Below are positions 1-9,393 of a stretch of 64,000 nucleotides of DNA, piece by piece. The stretch covers positions 6,018 through 70,017 of the IMG/VR virus record IMGVR_UViG_3300036851_000225; one strand, written 5' to 3'. The position numbers were made by a program, and so were the translations under genes. Position 1 is the stretch's first letter, and every line of letters begins with the position of its first letter. A model generated the notes under the pieces. It saw only the letters and a program-made list of their open reading frames with translations. It was not told the origin of the DNA and did no database searches. Origin of the DNA: a virus.

Positions 1-60
1 ATCCTGCTCTACAAGTGTAGTAAGCCCGCTTAATAACTGATCTCGTGAGAGATACGTCAT
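1..60 (-). CDS. Partial gene, probable tail assembly chaperone (runs off the left edge)
   Basis: ATG at 60 after AGGGGCGGC; MTYLSRDQLLSG start resembles siphovirus TACs; lies downstream of the tail tube gene. Confidence 0.5.
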   Translation of the reverse strand, partial: MTYLSRDQLLSGLTTLVEQD

Positions 61-72
61 TGCCGCCCCTTT

Positions 73-369
73 CTAAGGTGCATTCAACTGTTTTACGCCG
101 ATCATCCTAATCGTTGTCGGCGTCAATTCGGTGATCGTGCCCTGGAGGACAAAAAAGTCGGGAAGGTTTGGGCCTGAAGCGCTGGAAAGCGGGGCGGCTT
201 GCACCAGCGCCTCAGTTGCCCCGGCAGATACCCAGTAGGACGCAAAGGAGCCTGTAGCCTCAAAGATGACAGTTCGCAGGGCCATATCGGCGTGTGATTG
301 CCACTCGTCAATTTGCCCTGCGACACATCCCCAAATCTCAAGCGTGCCGCCCTTACCCTTGAGTGCCAT
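73..369 (-). CDS. Hypothetical tail-region protein
   Basis: 98-aa ORF tightly packed in the tail operon. Confidence 0.6.
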   Translation of the reverse strand: MALKGKGGTLEIWGCVAGQIDEWQSHADMALRTVIFEATGSFASYWVSAGATEALVQAAPLSSASGPNLPDFFVLQGTITELTPTTIRMIGVKQLNAP

Positions 370-375
370 TTATTC

Positions 376-774
376 CTACGGGTGGATAAAGCCAGGCGTA
401 CCAGCGTTGACCAGGCTCCACGACTCGGTGTTCATCGCGCCCACGTCGCTTGTGATGCTGTCGAGTGACACGTAGGTTGCCGTGTCATACCAATACACGG
501 TCAACTCATCACGGCTGGGATACCAATACATCTTCAGTACGGTATCATTGATTGCGGCGTCGGTCATCGTGTAGTACGCTCCGTCGTAGAGTTTACTGAT
601 CGACATCTTAAAATCCTTCAAGCCCGGCACATTACGCTTGAAGGTGATCCCCTGCACGCTGGCATCGAGATAATCCGTAGCGAGGTTCAAATCCTCGCTG
701 ATCGTCTCGGCAATCGGGACGGCGGTGACAGCGCCTAGATACAAGACGCCCCTTTTTCCTGCTGATGTTGCCAT
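376..774 (-). CDS. Major tail tube protein
   Basis: 132 aa; ...KRNVPGLKDFKMS... tube-like pattern; synteny. Confidence 0.7.
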   Translation of the reverse strand: MATSAGKRGVLYLGAVTAVPIAETISEDLNLATDYLDASVQGITFKRNVPGLKDFKMSISKLYDGAYYTMTDAAINDTVLKMYWYPSRDELTVYWYDTATYVSLDSITSDVGAMNTESWSLVNAGTPGFIHP

Positions 775-810
775 AGTTGATTGGCTCCTATGCGCCGCCC
801 CGTAACTACA

Positions 811-1869
811 TTATCCCAAGAGAATATCCAGAACTTGCGCCGCTCGTTTGTCCCACGAATGCGGCTGTATGGCTTCGTGCTGCGCTTGTGCGAACTCCTC
901 GCGCCGGCCCTCGTATCTCAGCCAGTCACGAATAGCCACTTCCAGGCTATGACTATTGCCATGCCGATACGTTGCCGCCGCGCTCCCAAACACATCAAAC
1001 AACTCAGCGCGGTTGTCGTCGCAGAGTTGAAACCCACCGCACGCTGCAATCTCGTATGCCCGCGGCCCGAGGCTCTCTGCATCAGCCAATCCGATATGAT
1101 CGCCACTGCCATAGGTTTTGGTAGTCCGGTGATGATTGATGTTGACCTTTGACGAGCGGTACCATCCCACTACTTCCTCATTGCCTGTCACGTTGAGCGG
1201 ATTGATTACATTGGCCTTTTCATCTGTGCCATCCCACAAATAGCCTTTTTTAACGAAAGCAATGTCAGTCCAGTCAACGCCGTCAAAAAGCGCCTTTCGC
1301 TCGTCAAATCCTGTGCCGACGAAAAAAGCGTCACACTGCTTGTCTCTCTCCACCGCGCCGGGATAATGCACTGCCGGATTGTAGGCATGTGGCAGGTAGT
1401 AGACACGCTCGTTGTGTGGAAAGCGTTCCAGTGCTGTTCGTTCATTGGTAAACACCACATCGTACACGCTTGCGAATTTGCTTTCTACGGCGAAGTAGGG
1501 ACTCTCGGTACAGTAGATTGCCATTATCATCGGCTTGCGACGTTGCGCTGCCAGGATACGAAGCTGCATTGCTCGCTGCATGTGAAAGTTCGTACCAGAC
1601 ACCGCGATCACCGCATCAGGCTCCACACTGACCGCTTGTGCTATGGCTTCAGCACCGGCGAGCAAGAACGTGTTGACAGGATTTTGAATAACGTCATTGG
1701 CAATGCCTATATCCACAATGCCGCCGAAAAAGCCGAGTTGCGCGTCAAGACGCATCTCTGACACTTTGACGCCGTTTGCTTCCAGTCCGGCCTTTAACCC
1801 GGTGTACACGTCGTGTGTGCTGAACATGGCGCCGGGATGAATGAGCATGACAACAGGCTGATCGCTCAT
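811..1869 (-). CDS. Glycosyltransferase (GT-B, CgeB-like)
   Basis: ESPY, FTNER, YLPHAY, FVGTGF, RAYEIAACGGFQL motifs. Confidence 0.85.
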   Translation of the reverse strand: MSDQPVVMLIHPGAMFSTHDVYTGLKAGLEANGVKVSEMRLDAQLGFFGGIVDIGIANDVIQNPVNTFLLAGAEAIAQAVSVEPDAVIAVSGTNFHMQRAMQLRILAAQRRKPMIMAIYCTESPYFAVESKFASVYDVVFTNERTALERFPHNERVYYLPHAYNPAVHYPGAVERDKQCDAFFVGTGFDERKALFDGVDWTDIAFVKKGYLWDGTDEKANVINPLNVTGNEEVVGWYRSSKVNINHHRTTKTYGSGDHIGLADAESLGPRAYEIAACGGFQLCDDNRAELFDVFGSAAATYRHGNSHSLEVAIRDWLRYEGRREEFAQAQHEAIQPHSWDKRAAQVLDILLG

Positions 1870-2150
1870 CGCAGTGCCTCTGTCCGCTTGTTTATCTGCG
1901 AGATAATGATTGCTGCTAATTGCTCCGCATCAGCCGATTGGCGTTGCTCTGTCTCGGCTAGTACGCGCCGTACCACGCGCTCTACTATCCGCTCGATTGC
2001 AGCCTCATCTAGCGCTGATGTGACCTGACGAGGACCATCGTAAAACCGTGTAACACCGCTATTACAGGTACACATCGTCGGCGGCGCGGTTGACCCCCAG
2101 TTTGTTACCCATTTATAATTGCCACACACTGGACATCTTTCGTTGCTCAT
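1866..2150 (-). CDS. Hypothetical protein with Cys-rich N-terminus
   Basis: CPVC...CTC; AGGGGCGG upstream; 4-bp overlap with next gene. Confidence 0.6.
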   Translation of the reverse strand: MSNERCPVCGNYKWVTNWGSTAPPTMCTCNSGVTRFYDGPRQVTSALDEAAIERIVERVVRRVLAETEQRQSADAEQLAAIIISQINKRTEALR

Positions 2151-2159
2151 ATCCGCCCC

Positions 2160-2474
2160 TTACACTCCTGCAAACACGTTGACAAGCGCGTTGACCACCG
2201 TTTGAATATCGGCATCTGTCGCAGCCGTGCCACTTGCGAGTGTCGGGTGCGCGATTGCAGCCCACATCATGCGCTCTGCTGCTTGCTCGGTTGCCGTCCT
2301 GTCAATCAGGATCTTCTCTGCCCACTCCTTGCGCCTGCGATGCCCATTGACGCCCTCTGCCTCTCGAAAGACCTCAATTGCCGCCAATGCGACGGCTGCG
2401 GTGATCTTCTGGCGAAATGTTGTTTCATCAGCACCGCCGCCGTAGCGCAGTATGTAGATTGATTGCAGGCTCAC
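2160..2474 (-). CDS. Hypothetical phage protein
   Basis: GTG start overlapping the previous stop (GTGA). Confidence 0.6.
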   Translation of the reverse strand: MSLQSIYILRYGGGADETTFRQKITAAVALAAIEVFREAEGVNGHRRRKEWAEKILIDRTATEQAAERMMWAAIAHPTLASGTAATDADIQTVVNALVNVFAGV

Positions 2475-2962
2475 GGCTTCACCCCTTGCGCGCCACACTG
2501 CCACCAGGCGTTGCGATCAAAGACACGTTCATCGTGTCGCCAGTCATACTCTGGTGCTACGACGAAACCAGCGCGCCGCAGCGCTTCCTCAAGTCGTGTT
2601 TGTGTCCAGATCGTATAGTGCGGCATATCTTCTGCCATGTCCCCCTGGAGAATAAGATCATAGGCGCGAAGGCCGAGCCGTGCTGATAGCGCCGATACCC
2701 TGGCCTTATGCGCATCAGGCACAACCAATGTCAGTGTACCGCCTGGCTGCAACACTCGCTTGCATTCGAGGAGAAAGTTGAATACCTCCCACGGCGGTAG
2801 GTGCTCAAGAAAGTGTCCAGCGTAGATGTGCGCCACGCCGTCAGCTTCGTATGGTATCGGTGGCACCCGGCAGATAACATCAACGCCCTTCTTTGGCTGG
2901 CTGTCGAGAGAGACATACCCCTCAACCGGCATATCCCCACTGCCAATGTTCAAGCATCGCAT
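2471..2962 (-). CDS. Class I SAM-dependent methyltransferase (type 11-like)
   Basis: LNIGSG motif I, HFLEHL, RVLQPGG, VPD. Confidence 0.85.
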   Translation of the reverse strand: MRCLNIGSGDMPVEGYVSLDSQPKKGVDVICRVPPIPYEADGVAHIYAGHFLEHLPPWEVFNFLLECKRVLQPGGTLTLVVPDAHKARVSALSARLGLRAYDLILQGDMAEDMPHYTIWTQTRLEEALRRAGFVVAPEYDWRHDERVFDRNAWWQCGAQGVKP

Positions 2963-2970
2963 AGCCGCCC

Positions 2971-3225
2971 CTACTCCGCTTTCTGTTCGGACGTATCGGT
3001 GGTGATCTCGCTAGCCAAAAACTCAATAATGACCAGTGATGATGTGCCGAACTCGGTTTCGATCCGCACTGCGCGAGTAGCAGGCAATACCTCACCATTC
3101 ATTCTGACGTAGCCCTGTCCATATGAGCCGAAGTGAACTTCAAAACGTGCAGGTGTAGCGATCTTTTGTCGTTCCTCTGATGTTAACGCCTTGAGTATAT
3201 CCTGCCCGCTGATAAGCTTTGCCAT
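2971..3225 (-). CDS. Hypothetical protein
   Basis: ORF preceded by AGGGGCGGCT. Confidence 0.55.
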   Translation of the reverse strand: MAKLISGQDILKALTSEERQKIATPARFEVHFGSYGQGYVRMNGEVLPATRAVRIETEFGTSSLVIIEFLASEITTDTSEQKAE

Positions 3226-3243
3226 AGCCGCCCCTATCCTTCC

Positions 3244-3528
3244 TTATCTGTCGAATTGTTTCTTGTCGAACAGTTTTGCCCTGACACCCAGCGCCTCACC
3301 GTCTGGAAGCGCCTGCTTGCCGTCCCTTAGTCGTTCATAGTTGACACAGGCGATCCAAAAGTTGCTTCCGATCAGTGTCAACAATCGCTCGCTGTCAATC
3401 GGCCATGCATATGAGCGCTGTTCATGCACGTCTCTGAGGTAGTTTGTGACACTCTCATAGACCTTATCCTTGCCGTCTGTATGCGTCACTGGCTGATCCT
3501 CTTTGCGCTCTGTCTTCGGTTCTGTCAT
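3244..3528 (-). CDS. Hypothetical protein
   Basis: ATGA overlap with upstream gene. Confidence 0.55.
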   Translation of the reverse strand: MTEPKTERKEDQPVTHTDGKDKVYESVTNYLRDVHEQRSYAWPIDSERLLTLIGSNFWIACVNYERLRDGKQALPDGEALGVRAKLFDKKQFDR

Positions 3529-4007
3529 CGTGGATACTCCACTAATATCTCGTCACTCTCACAATAAACCCGTATCACAATCGTTTGAAAGATGTGCGGT
3601 GATTTCTTCCGTATGTCCACATCGGACACGCCGACGATATTGGTATTCCGCACGCCACTCGTATTGTTCAGGCGCGGGTATCCGCGCAAGTAGGCTCTGA
3701 GTGCATCGGTCAGCGTCGTGAGCGCAACATAGGCGACGCTATCCCCGCCTAGTCCCTGACTGCGCTTATGGAACACGTCAATCGCTATTTCATGCCGCTC
3801 TTGGATTTTGCCCTGCTTGCCATAATCCTCGATTATCTCACTCTCCAGTGTCGGCGCGTTCATCGCCAGGACGCAGGCGAGATCAGTTCCTGTTGCGTCA
3901 ACCACACTCCAATCACCCCGGCTGCTGTTTGCTGCCGTGAACGTTGCGCCGGCGTTATAGGCTCTGATCAACGTCAAGAGTGCAGCTTCCGAAGTCGAGT
4001 AGGTCAT
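3525..4007 (-). CDS. Probable tail terminator/completion protein
   Basis: 160 aa; position between neck and tail tube genes. Confidence 0.55.
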   Translation of the reverse strand: MTYSTSEAALLTLIRAYNAGATFTAANSSRGDWSVVDATGTDLACVLAMNAPTLESEIIEDYGKQGKIQERHEIAIDVFHKRSQGLGGDSVAYVALTTLTDALRAYLRGYPRLNNTSGVRNTNIVGVSDVDIRKKSPHIFQTIVIRVYCESDEILVEYPR

Positions 4008-4010
4008 CTG

Positions 4011-4175
4011 CTATCCTGCCGGCCAGAGCGCAGGCCCTAGCGTATACGCCACCAGTATCACCAGCACAGCGAGAAAAAAAGCGAACTCGCTTGCCCTGCT
4101 GCGAGAAACGAGCGCGTAGACAAGCGCGCCTAAGAAAGCAGCGACGATGCAGACAGCAGCCATGATAAGTGTCAT
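4011..4175 (-). CDS. Small two-TM membrane protein (54 aa, not in the ORF track)
   Basis: MTLIMAAVCIVAAFLGALVYALVSRSRASEFAFFLAVLVILVAYTLGPALWPGR; GGGGGA RBS. Confidence 0.6.
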   Translation of the reverse strand: MTLIMAAVCIVAAFLGALVYALVSRSRASEFAFFLAVLVILVAYTLGPALWPAG

Positions 4176-4184
4176 ATATTCCCC

Positions 4185-4961
4185 CTACGGGTATCCGAAC
4201 ACAGCTTTGATTGCATCCCACCAGAGACTAGCAGCGCTAGCAAGTTTGGCATCGGTGATCAAGTGATACAAATCATCTGGTGCGGTGCTCAGTCCTGAGA
4301 GATCAGGACCAATTAACACGTTTGGATTGTCTGCCCATGCCTCTGCGATTGCCGCATTAACTGTTGTTACGTCTGCGCCACTACACGTCTGTAGCTTTGC
4401 CGCCATAAGCTTGCAGCCGAGATCAGATGCTATCGCATTGGTGAGTGTATCAAGATGTGCGTTATACGTTGCCTGGCTCATCCCGGCTATTGCATCGCTC
4501 TCGCCTTGCCACCAAAGTACCGCTTTGATTGATGTGCCAGTAAGCAGCATCACTTGTGTCGCACGGTAGATCATTGATCCATAGAGTGTGGTACGATCTT
4601 GGCGATCGGCACCGGGAAGCCAGGCCGTTATTGATGTTGCGCCTTTCGCACATGGAACGAAACCACATCGAGCATTGGTACTGGCAAGTAGCGACGTAGC
4701 AACTAACGGCCATACGCTGCCTGCCGCTTCACTACTATCATTGCTTACTGCGTCAACCTGTCCTATTGCACTATCAGTCGGATCAGCCAAGATACGAAAG
4801 GTATAGGCATTGTCAAAGAGCCAGGGTGTCAGCGTGGCATGGCTCCACGATTGGCTATTCGTACCGCGCCCCGATGCATTCGACTGGCCCGCGATAAGAA
4901 AGACATTGCCCCATTGCGCCGTTGTCGCCTCAAAAGGGATAACTGAGGCCGGCACCTCCAT
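4185..4961 (-). CDS. SGNH-family sialate O-acetylesterase (SASA/DUF303-like) domain
   Basis: AGQSN, KGAT, WWQGESD, DLYH catalytic blocks; start uncertain (possible frameshift fusion). Confidence 0.85.
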   Translation of the reverse strand: MEVPASVIPFEATTAQWGNVFLIAGQSNASGRGTNSQSWSHATLTPWLFDNAYTFRILADPTDSAIGQVDAVSNDSSEAAGSVWPLVATSLLASTNARCGFVPCAKGATSITAWLPGADRQDRTTLYGSMIYRATQVMLLTGTSIKAVLWWQGESDAIAGMSQATYNAHLDTLTNAIASDLGCKLMAAKLQTCSGADVTTVNAAIAEAWADNPNVLIGPDLSGLSTAPDDLYHLITDAKLASAASLWWDAIKAVFGYP

Positions 4962-5628
4962 TGTACCGGCTTGCTTTTTCAACGGCAGAGAGCAACCTTT
5001 TCCAAACGCCGCACTCATCAATGCGGCCATTGAAGTGCTGGATATTCTGGCTATTTGCGCCAATGCGAAAGGTGCTATCACTGTCAAGAACGCCCGTCGT
5101 CCATGCTGTCTCATTCGGCGTTCCATTGTTTACACTGATACGAATTTTGTCTAAAGCAGCATCATGTTCAGCATGAATGTAGTACCACGTATTGAGCGAT
5201 GGCGAGCCAAGATTGTCTGCTGTCGCCACTCCTTGTGCTGTGCCGTCATTCGAGACAGAAAAAATAAACCGATCAGTCGAGTTGTTATACCAGAGTAGAT
5301 ATTCCCGGTGATTGGCTGAGTTATTCCACTTTGCCAGGACCGCGCGGATTGCCGTTTTATCAGTCAGATAGACCCAGGCATCAACCGTGAAGTCTATATC
5401 CCCCATGCTCAAGGCAGCATTATCAAGGATTGACAGGCTTTCACTATTCGCTGCTGTAAACTCTGCTGCATTGCTGATAATGCCCGCCGCCTGTGTTACC
5501 GTTGCATTATCAGTCAGATGATTGCTGCCCGCGCTATCAAATCGTGTCCCTGATGCCTCATCAAGCTTCCAGTAAGCGACAAGACCGGTAAGCAATGATG
5601 AGCGCTTTGTAAGCAATGCACGCTTCAC
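4930..5628 (-). CDS. LamG/concanavalin-like jelly-roll virion protein
   Basis: LVAYWKLDEASG, WYYI, FNGRIDECGVWKRLLS. Confidence 0.85.
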   Translation of the reverse strand: MKRALLTKRSSLLTGLVAYWKLDEASGTRFDSAGSNHLTDNATVTQAAGIISNAAEFTAANSESLSILDNAALSMGDIDFTVDAWVYLTDKTAIRAVLAKWNNSANHREYLLWYNNSTDRFIFSVSNDGTAQGVATADNLGSPSLNTWYYIHAEHDAALDKIRISVNNGTPNETAWTTGVLDSDSTFRIGANSQNIQHFNGRIDECGVWKRLLSAVEKASRYNGGAGLSYPF

Positions 5629-5630
5629 GG

Positions 5631-6095
5631 CTAATCCTGCAACAAGCCAAGGCGCACAGTGAGATCGCTGGTAGCGGTATACGTCGGTGTGCCAGTCGTG
5701 AACAAGACGCCGTAAAGCGATGTACCACTGGCAAGTTTACAGGCAAGGCCGGCAGACGCCGCTACGCCGACACTGTTGTCTGCAAAACTGGTATAACTCG
5801 TCACATCTACCACACCGATGACCTTGATAAGATCAGCATCAACAATAGTAATAGCGGCGTTATCGGTAAAAGTGCTCCCGCTTGGATTGCTGTCGAAGAG
5901 GATGAGCTTCAGCGCAGCGTTCTGTTTGCCCTTATCGGTAATGACGACGGAATGCACCACAAAGCCACGCCCTGTAGACTTCGCAGCCAGCGCAAATGTC
6001 ATCAGTCCACCTACGCAGTCATTGGCCGCGTAGGCTGGCGTAGTGCTGACGACGGGCGTAGCAGACAAAACAGTGGTGCGATCTTCAGTCGGCAT
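5631..6095 (-). CDS. Virion structural protein (beta-rich)
   Basis: Ala/Thr/Val-rich ORF in the morphogenesis operon. Confidence 0.55.
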   Translation of the reverse strand: MPTEDRTTVLSATPVVSTTPAYAANDCVGGLMTFALAAKSTGRGFVVHSVVITDKGKQNAALKLILFDSNPSGSTFTDNAAITIVDADLIKVIGVVDVTSYTSFADNSVGVAASAGLACKLASGTSLYGVLFTTGTPTYTATSDLTVRLGLLQD

Positions 6096-6390
6096 TGGCC
6101 TGTCTCCCCGTCTCATAGTGCATTCGCACAACATCATACTGACTGCGTTGTGGATGCTCAATTATCTCGAATGCTACCCGCTTTTGCGGTATCTCTTCGC
6201 CTTCGGAAACAAGCGCAAAACTCGAATGCTCAAAGATTGCGACAATCTCACGCCGCGCCCAATCGTTATGTGCGCCACAAAATGAGGCGTCAGCAGGTAT
6301 GCCACCCATACAGCGCATTGTTGCGCCTTCACGCAGCAGCACTGAAAGCATCTCCTCTGTCAGCGCAGCAGCGATTAACCGTCGCTTCAT
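6085..6390 (-). CDS. Hypothetical protein
   Basis: GAGGGGCG upstream of ATG. Confidence 0.5.
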   Translation of the reverse strand: MKRRLIAAALTEEMLSVLLREGATMRCMGGIPADASFCGAHNDWARREIVAIFEHSSFALVSEGEEIPQKRVAFEIIEHPQRSQYDVVRMHYETGRQANAD

Positions 6391-6397
6391 TCGCCCC

Positions 6398-6862
6398 TCA
6401 TCTCCCGTAGTTGCGCACAATCCGCGCTGCTATCCGCTCGGCTAACCCTTGCGCCTGCGAACGCATCTGTCCTCTCACCCGCTCGTCAAACGGATTGGCT
6501 CGTGCTGCCTTTACCCGCTTACGGAAAAATACCTGCCCGTCAATCACAAAACGCAGCGCCCGGCCCGTTGCTACCACCGGCCCCCTACCTTCCGTGATGT
6601 ACTTGATTGCAACGGCGTCGTTCGTAATGTTGTACTCGGCCTGAGTAGCGCTGTAGGACTGATCATCGTTCTGGTAGGCATCGCGTGTCTTACCAGGATC
6701 TTCACCGCGTCCTACCGGCGTTGCATCGCGCAGTGTCTCAAGGTAGCTGTCCCCGAACGCCTCTACCTCTTCACGCTGTTCAGCAGTGGCATCGGCCATG
6801 CGGTGGAACGCCGCTAGTTGCTCGTCAACGCCCTCAATTGTGATAGTGATGAACTGCGTCAC
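6398..6862 (-). CDS. HK97 gp10-like neck/tail completion protein
   Basis: TPVGRG...TR, YITEGRGP, ALRFVIDGQVFFRKRVK...NPF. Confidence 0.65.
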   Translation of the reverse strand: MTQFITITIEGVDEQLAAFHRMADATAEQREEVEAFGDSYLETLRDATPVGRGEDPGKTRDAYQNDDQSYSATQAEYNITNDAVAIKYITEGRGPVVATGRALRFVIDGQVFFRKRVKAARANPFDERVRGQMRSQAQGLAERIAARIVRNYGR

Positions 6863-7389
6863 TCTTCCACCCAATCCGGCTCTTTAGGGCCAGCCTCCTC
6901 TGTAGGGGATTGTCCACCCCAAGTACGGGTAAAGATTGGCCGTAGTCGCTGCCCGCTGCTGGTTGCACCACCACTCCACAATCCCGCGATAGGACTGGAC
7001 GCTGCTGACGTGGCAGCGCCGAGTTCAGAGAGCGCGCCAGAGAAGATGAAGTCTTTCGCGGCCATAAACTCTTTTAAGAACTCGGTTTCGCGCTCATTCT
7101 CCTCGTCACCATAGCCTGCGTTGCGCTGTGTCAACTCTGCCAATCCCGCTGCTCCAAGATTGGCATAGAGATCAAGGATCAGTTTGGCGCTGGCCTGCGT
7201 GACGGGAATGCTGTAGCCACTCTGCACCAGCCAGGCATTGAGTTTGGCCGACTGCTGATCGATGAAGCCCTCGACTTCGATCAACGTCGGCTTTGTGCCA
7301 GTGTCGAATGTGCCTGACGAGTTGCAAAGTCGCTTGACGTAGGAGGCGACGCCGGCAACCGACCCGTAGCTATTGGCACTGATTGCCAC
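6859..7389 (-). CDS. Head-tail adaptor protein
   Basis: NSYGSVAGV...GYSIPV pattern; synteny after capsid genes. Confidence 0.6.
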   Translation of the reverse strand: MAISANSYGSVAGVASYVKRLCNSSGTFDTGTKPTLIEVEGFIDQQSAKLNAWLVQSGYSIPVTQASAKLILDLYANLGAAGLAELTQRNAGYGDEENERETEFLKEFMAAKDFIFSGALSELGAATSAASSPIAGLWSGGATSSGQRLRPIFTRTWGGQSPTEEAGPKEPDWVEE

Positions 7390-7391
7390 GT

Positions 7392-7643
7392 CTAGCCCCT
7401 GCCCCGCCGTCGTATTGGCGCTGCGATAGGCGTTGTCTTTTCGTCAACCGTCGACTCAACTTCAAACACTTCTGCCGTGTCAGTCGGTACTGAAGTCTCA
7501 GCAGGCATTGCCTCATCCACCTCAATAACGATGCGAGCGCTGATGATCGCCTTGTCATTGCGATGGCCCCCTGGCGTCCAGGGATCGCCGCGCTTGTACT
7601 GTTTGCCAGCGTAGGTAAACGGCTCTTTGATAACGCGATACAT
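7392..7643 (-). CDS. Small post-capsid protein
   Basis: MYRVIKEPFTYAGKQYKRGD pattern common after capsid genes. Confidence 0.55.
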   Translation of the reverse strand: MYRVIKEPFTYAGKQYKRGDPWTPGGHRNDKAIISARIVIEVDEAMPAETSVPTDTAEVFEVESTVDEKTTPIAAPIRRRGRG

Positions 7644-7647
7644 TGGC

Positions 7648-8349
7648 TTACGTTCCTATCGCTATCCAGCGTACAGACGGCGTGCCAGTACCAGCAATCG
7701 GTGTTACATCGGCTGCGCCTGTCGGCTTCCACGTCTTAAGGATAATGTTGCCGGGCGTGCCGCTATCGGCAACACTGGCCCACATCGCAGTGCCGAGCGC
7801 CGGATCTGTTTCCAGTGTAGCAGTGGCTTGGAGCACCGTTGCTAGTCCAGTTGCAATGTCCGCCGTGCCCGTGACCGCCGTTTCCCCGCGTGCGACCTTG
7901 TAGCCAGCGGCAACACCTTGGACAAGTCCGTTCAACTCGGCAGCCGTCCGATCTACAGCCGTACCAGCGCCAGCGCCAATCTTCAAGCCACTCACCGGCA
8001 ACGCGAGTACATCAGTCTCTTTGTTTGCGCCCAGCGCCAGCGCCTTGCTCGCCACCGACGTGCCCGCAAGCGAGCCGTCGATCAGGTTCAACTCGGCAGC
8101 AGTCGCTGTTACAGCAGTGCCAGCGCCAGCGCCCAGCTTCAATCCGCCATCGGCAATGACGAGTGTATCCAGATTTTTGTTTGCGCCCAAGACAGCAGCC
8201 TTGTTCGCAGACGAGGTGCCAGCCACAACGCCGTCAACGGCAGCGAGTTCTGTGCCGGTGAGCGTATTGCTGCCGATCTTAAGTGTGGTAGTGCGAACTT
8301 CCTTAGCCCGCACCACCCCTTTTGTAAGCTGATTTTCAGCCATTGTCAT
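7648..8349 (-). CDS. Head fibre/decoration protein with ~51-aa tandem repeat
   Basis: Two copies of AGTS..SK...LGANK..D.L.....GLK.GAGAGTAV..TAAELN. Confidence 0.6.
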   Translation of the reverse strand: MTMAENQLTKGVVRAKEVRTTTLKIGSNTLTGTELAAVDGVVAGTSSANKAAVLGANKNLDTLVIADGGLKLGAGAGTAVTATAAELNLIDGSLAGTSVASKALALGANKETDVLALPVSGLKIGAGAGTAVDRTAAELNGLVQGVAAGYKVARGETAVTGTADIATGLATVLQATATLETDPALGTAMWASVADSGTPGNIILKTWKPTGAADVTPIAGTGTPSVRWIAIGT

Positions 8350-8379
8350 ACTCCTTTTGTCGCATCACAATGCGGTAAA

Positions 8380-9339
8380 TCAGTCACAGCAATCGCTGAA
8401 AAATACACCCAGGGCCGAAGCGACAACCTTCTGATCATAGTCGCACAGGCCGCGCACAATATCGCGCCTTTTGAGTTCGTCGCGGATCGTCTCGATGTAC
8501 ACGTCACTACCGCCGTCAAGTTCATCCCACACGAAGGTGTAGCCCGCCGCTGGAATGTTCTTGCCCGGCGCTGCCGGCACAGCCAGCAGGAGAAAGTCAT
8601 CGTCAAAGACGGGAGCGAAGGTATCAGTTTGCGCCTCATTCGAGGTGGTATACTCCCGATCTCCTACCACGAGCATATCAATGCCAAGCCAGGCTGCGAG
8701 GATCTGGCGCACCGCGTCAACGGTAGCGGCTTGCGTGTACTTAATCCGATCAATGGCATCAGGGTGATCGGAAAGCCGTTGCTCTACGATTGTCCCCATA
8801 AGACCGATGATCTTCATGCGTCCGGCCTGTGCGCCGCCAATGGCACGGCGCAGGGCACGGCGCGCGGTGAGCACATCGCCAGCAGGGTTGGACGTAGCAT
8901 CATCCCACTTCACGGCGACGGTGGTATCTGTGCCCCACACGCCGGTCTTCATAAAGTCAGTGGCAAACGTGAGATCCTTTTCGAGCGCCAGGGTATCCAT
9001 GATGTGCTCAGTGCCAGTGCGCTCCAGGTCAACCGCCGGATCTTGGTTGCGCCGGTGCTCGTCAGGAATGGGGTAGCTTGTAGCGTACTGTTCAGCCGAG
9101 TAGCTATCGGTGGAGAGGCGCAGGGCAAGCTCTGGGAAGTCAGTGCCAGGGGCACGCTTCCTGGCATTGCGCCGCCAAAGATCTCCCTTGTCCCACACGA
9201 AATATTTGTCACTTTGCTTCGTGACGGTGACGCGGGGGAACATCACATCGGAGATGGGCGGATTGTCCTGTCGGTACGCGACGCTCAAATCAGTCAGCGC
9301 TGCGTTGACATGGATATCTGTCAATTTAGGCAGTGGCAT
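8380..9339 (-). CDS. Major capsid protein (lambda gpE-like family)
   Basis: 319 aa; LTDLSVAY, FPRVTV, KWDDATSNPAGD; follows protease and cement genes. Confidence 0.85.
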   Translation of the reverse strand: MPLPKLTDIHVNAALTDLSVAYRQDNPPISDVMFPRVTVTKQSDKYFVWDKGDLWRRNARKRAPGTDFPELALRLSTDSYSAEQYATSYPIPDEHRRNQDPAVDLERTGTEHIMDTLALEKDLTFATDFMKTGVWGTDTTVAVKWDDATSNPAGDVLTARRALRRAIGGAQAGRMKIIGLMGTIVEQRLSDHPDAIDRIKYTQAATVDAVRQILAAWLGIDMLVVGDREYTTSNEAQTDTFAPVFDDDFLLLAVPAAPGKNIPAAGYTFVWDELDGGSDVYIETIRDELKRRDIVRGLCDYDQKVVASALGVFFSDCCD

Positions 9340-9393
9340 AGCTTGTTATCCTTATTGATGCAAGCGCCCGCCCCTGCGCCGGCAATCTAATCA

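Noticed and set aside
5616-6410. 264-aa plus-strand ORF
   Set aside because: Antisense to well-packed minus-strand genes; Arg/Cys-rich composition typical of a shadow frame
7918-9390. 490-aa plus-strand ORF
   Set aside because: Antisense shadow of the capsid and decoration genes, with no recognisable motifs
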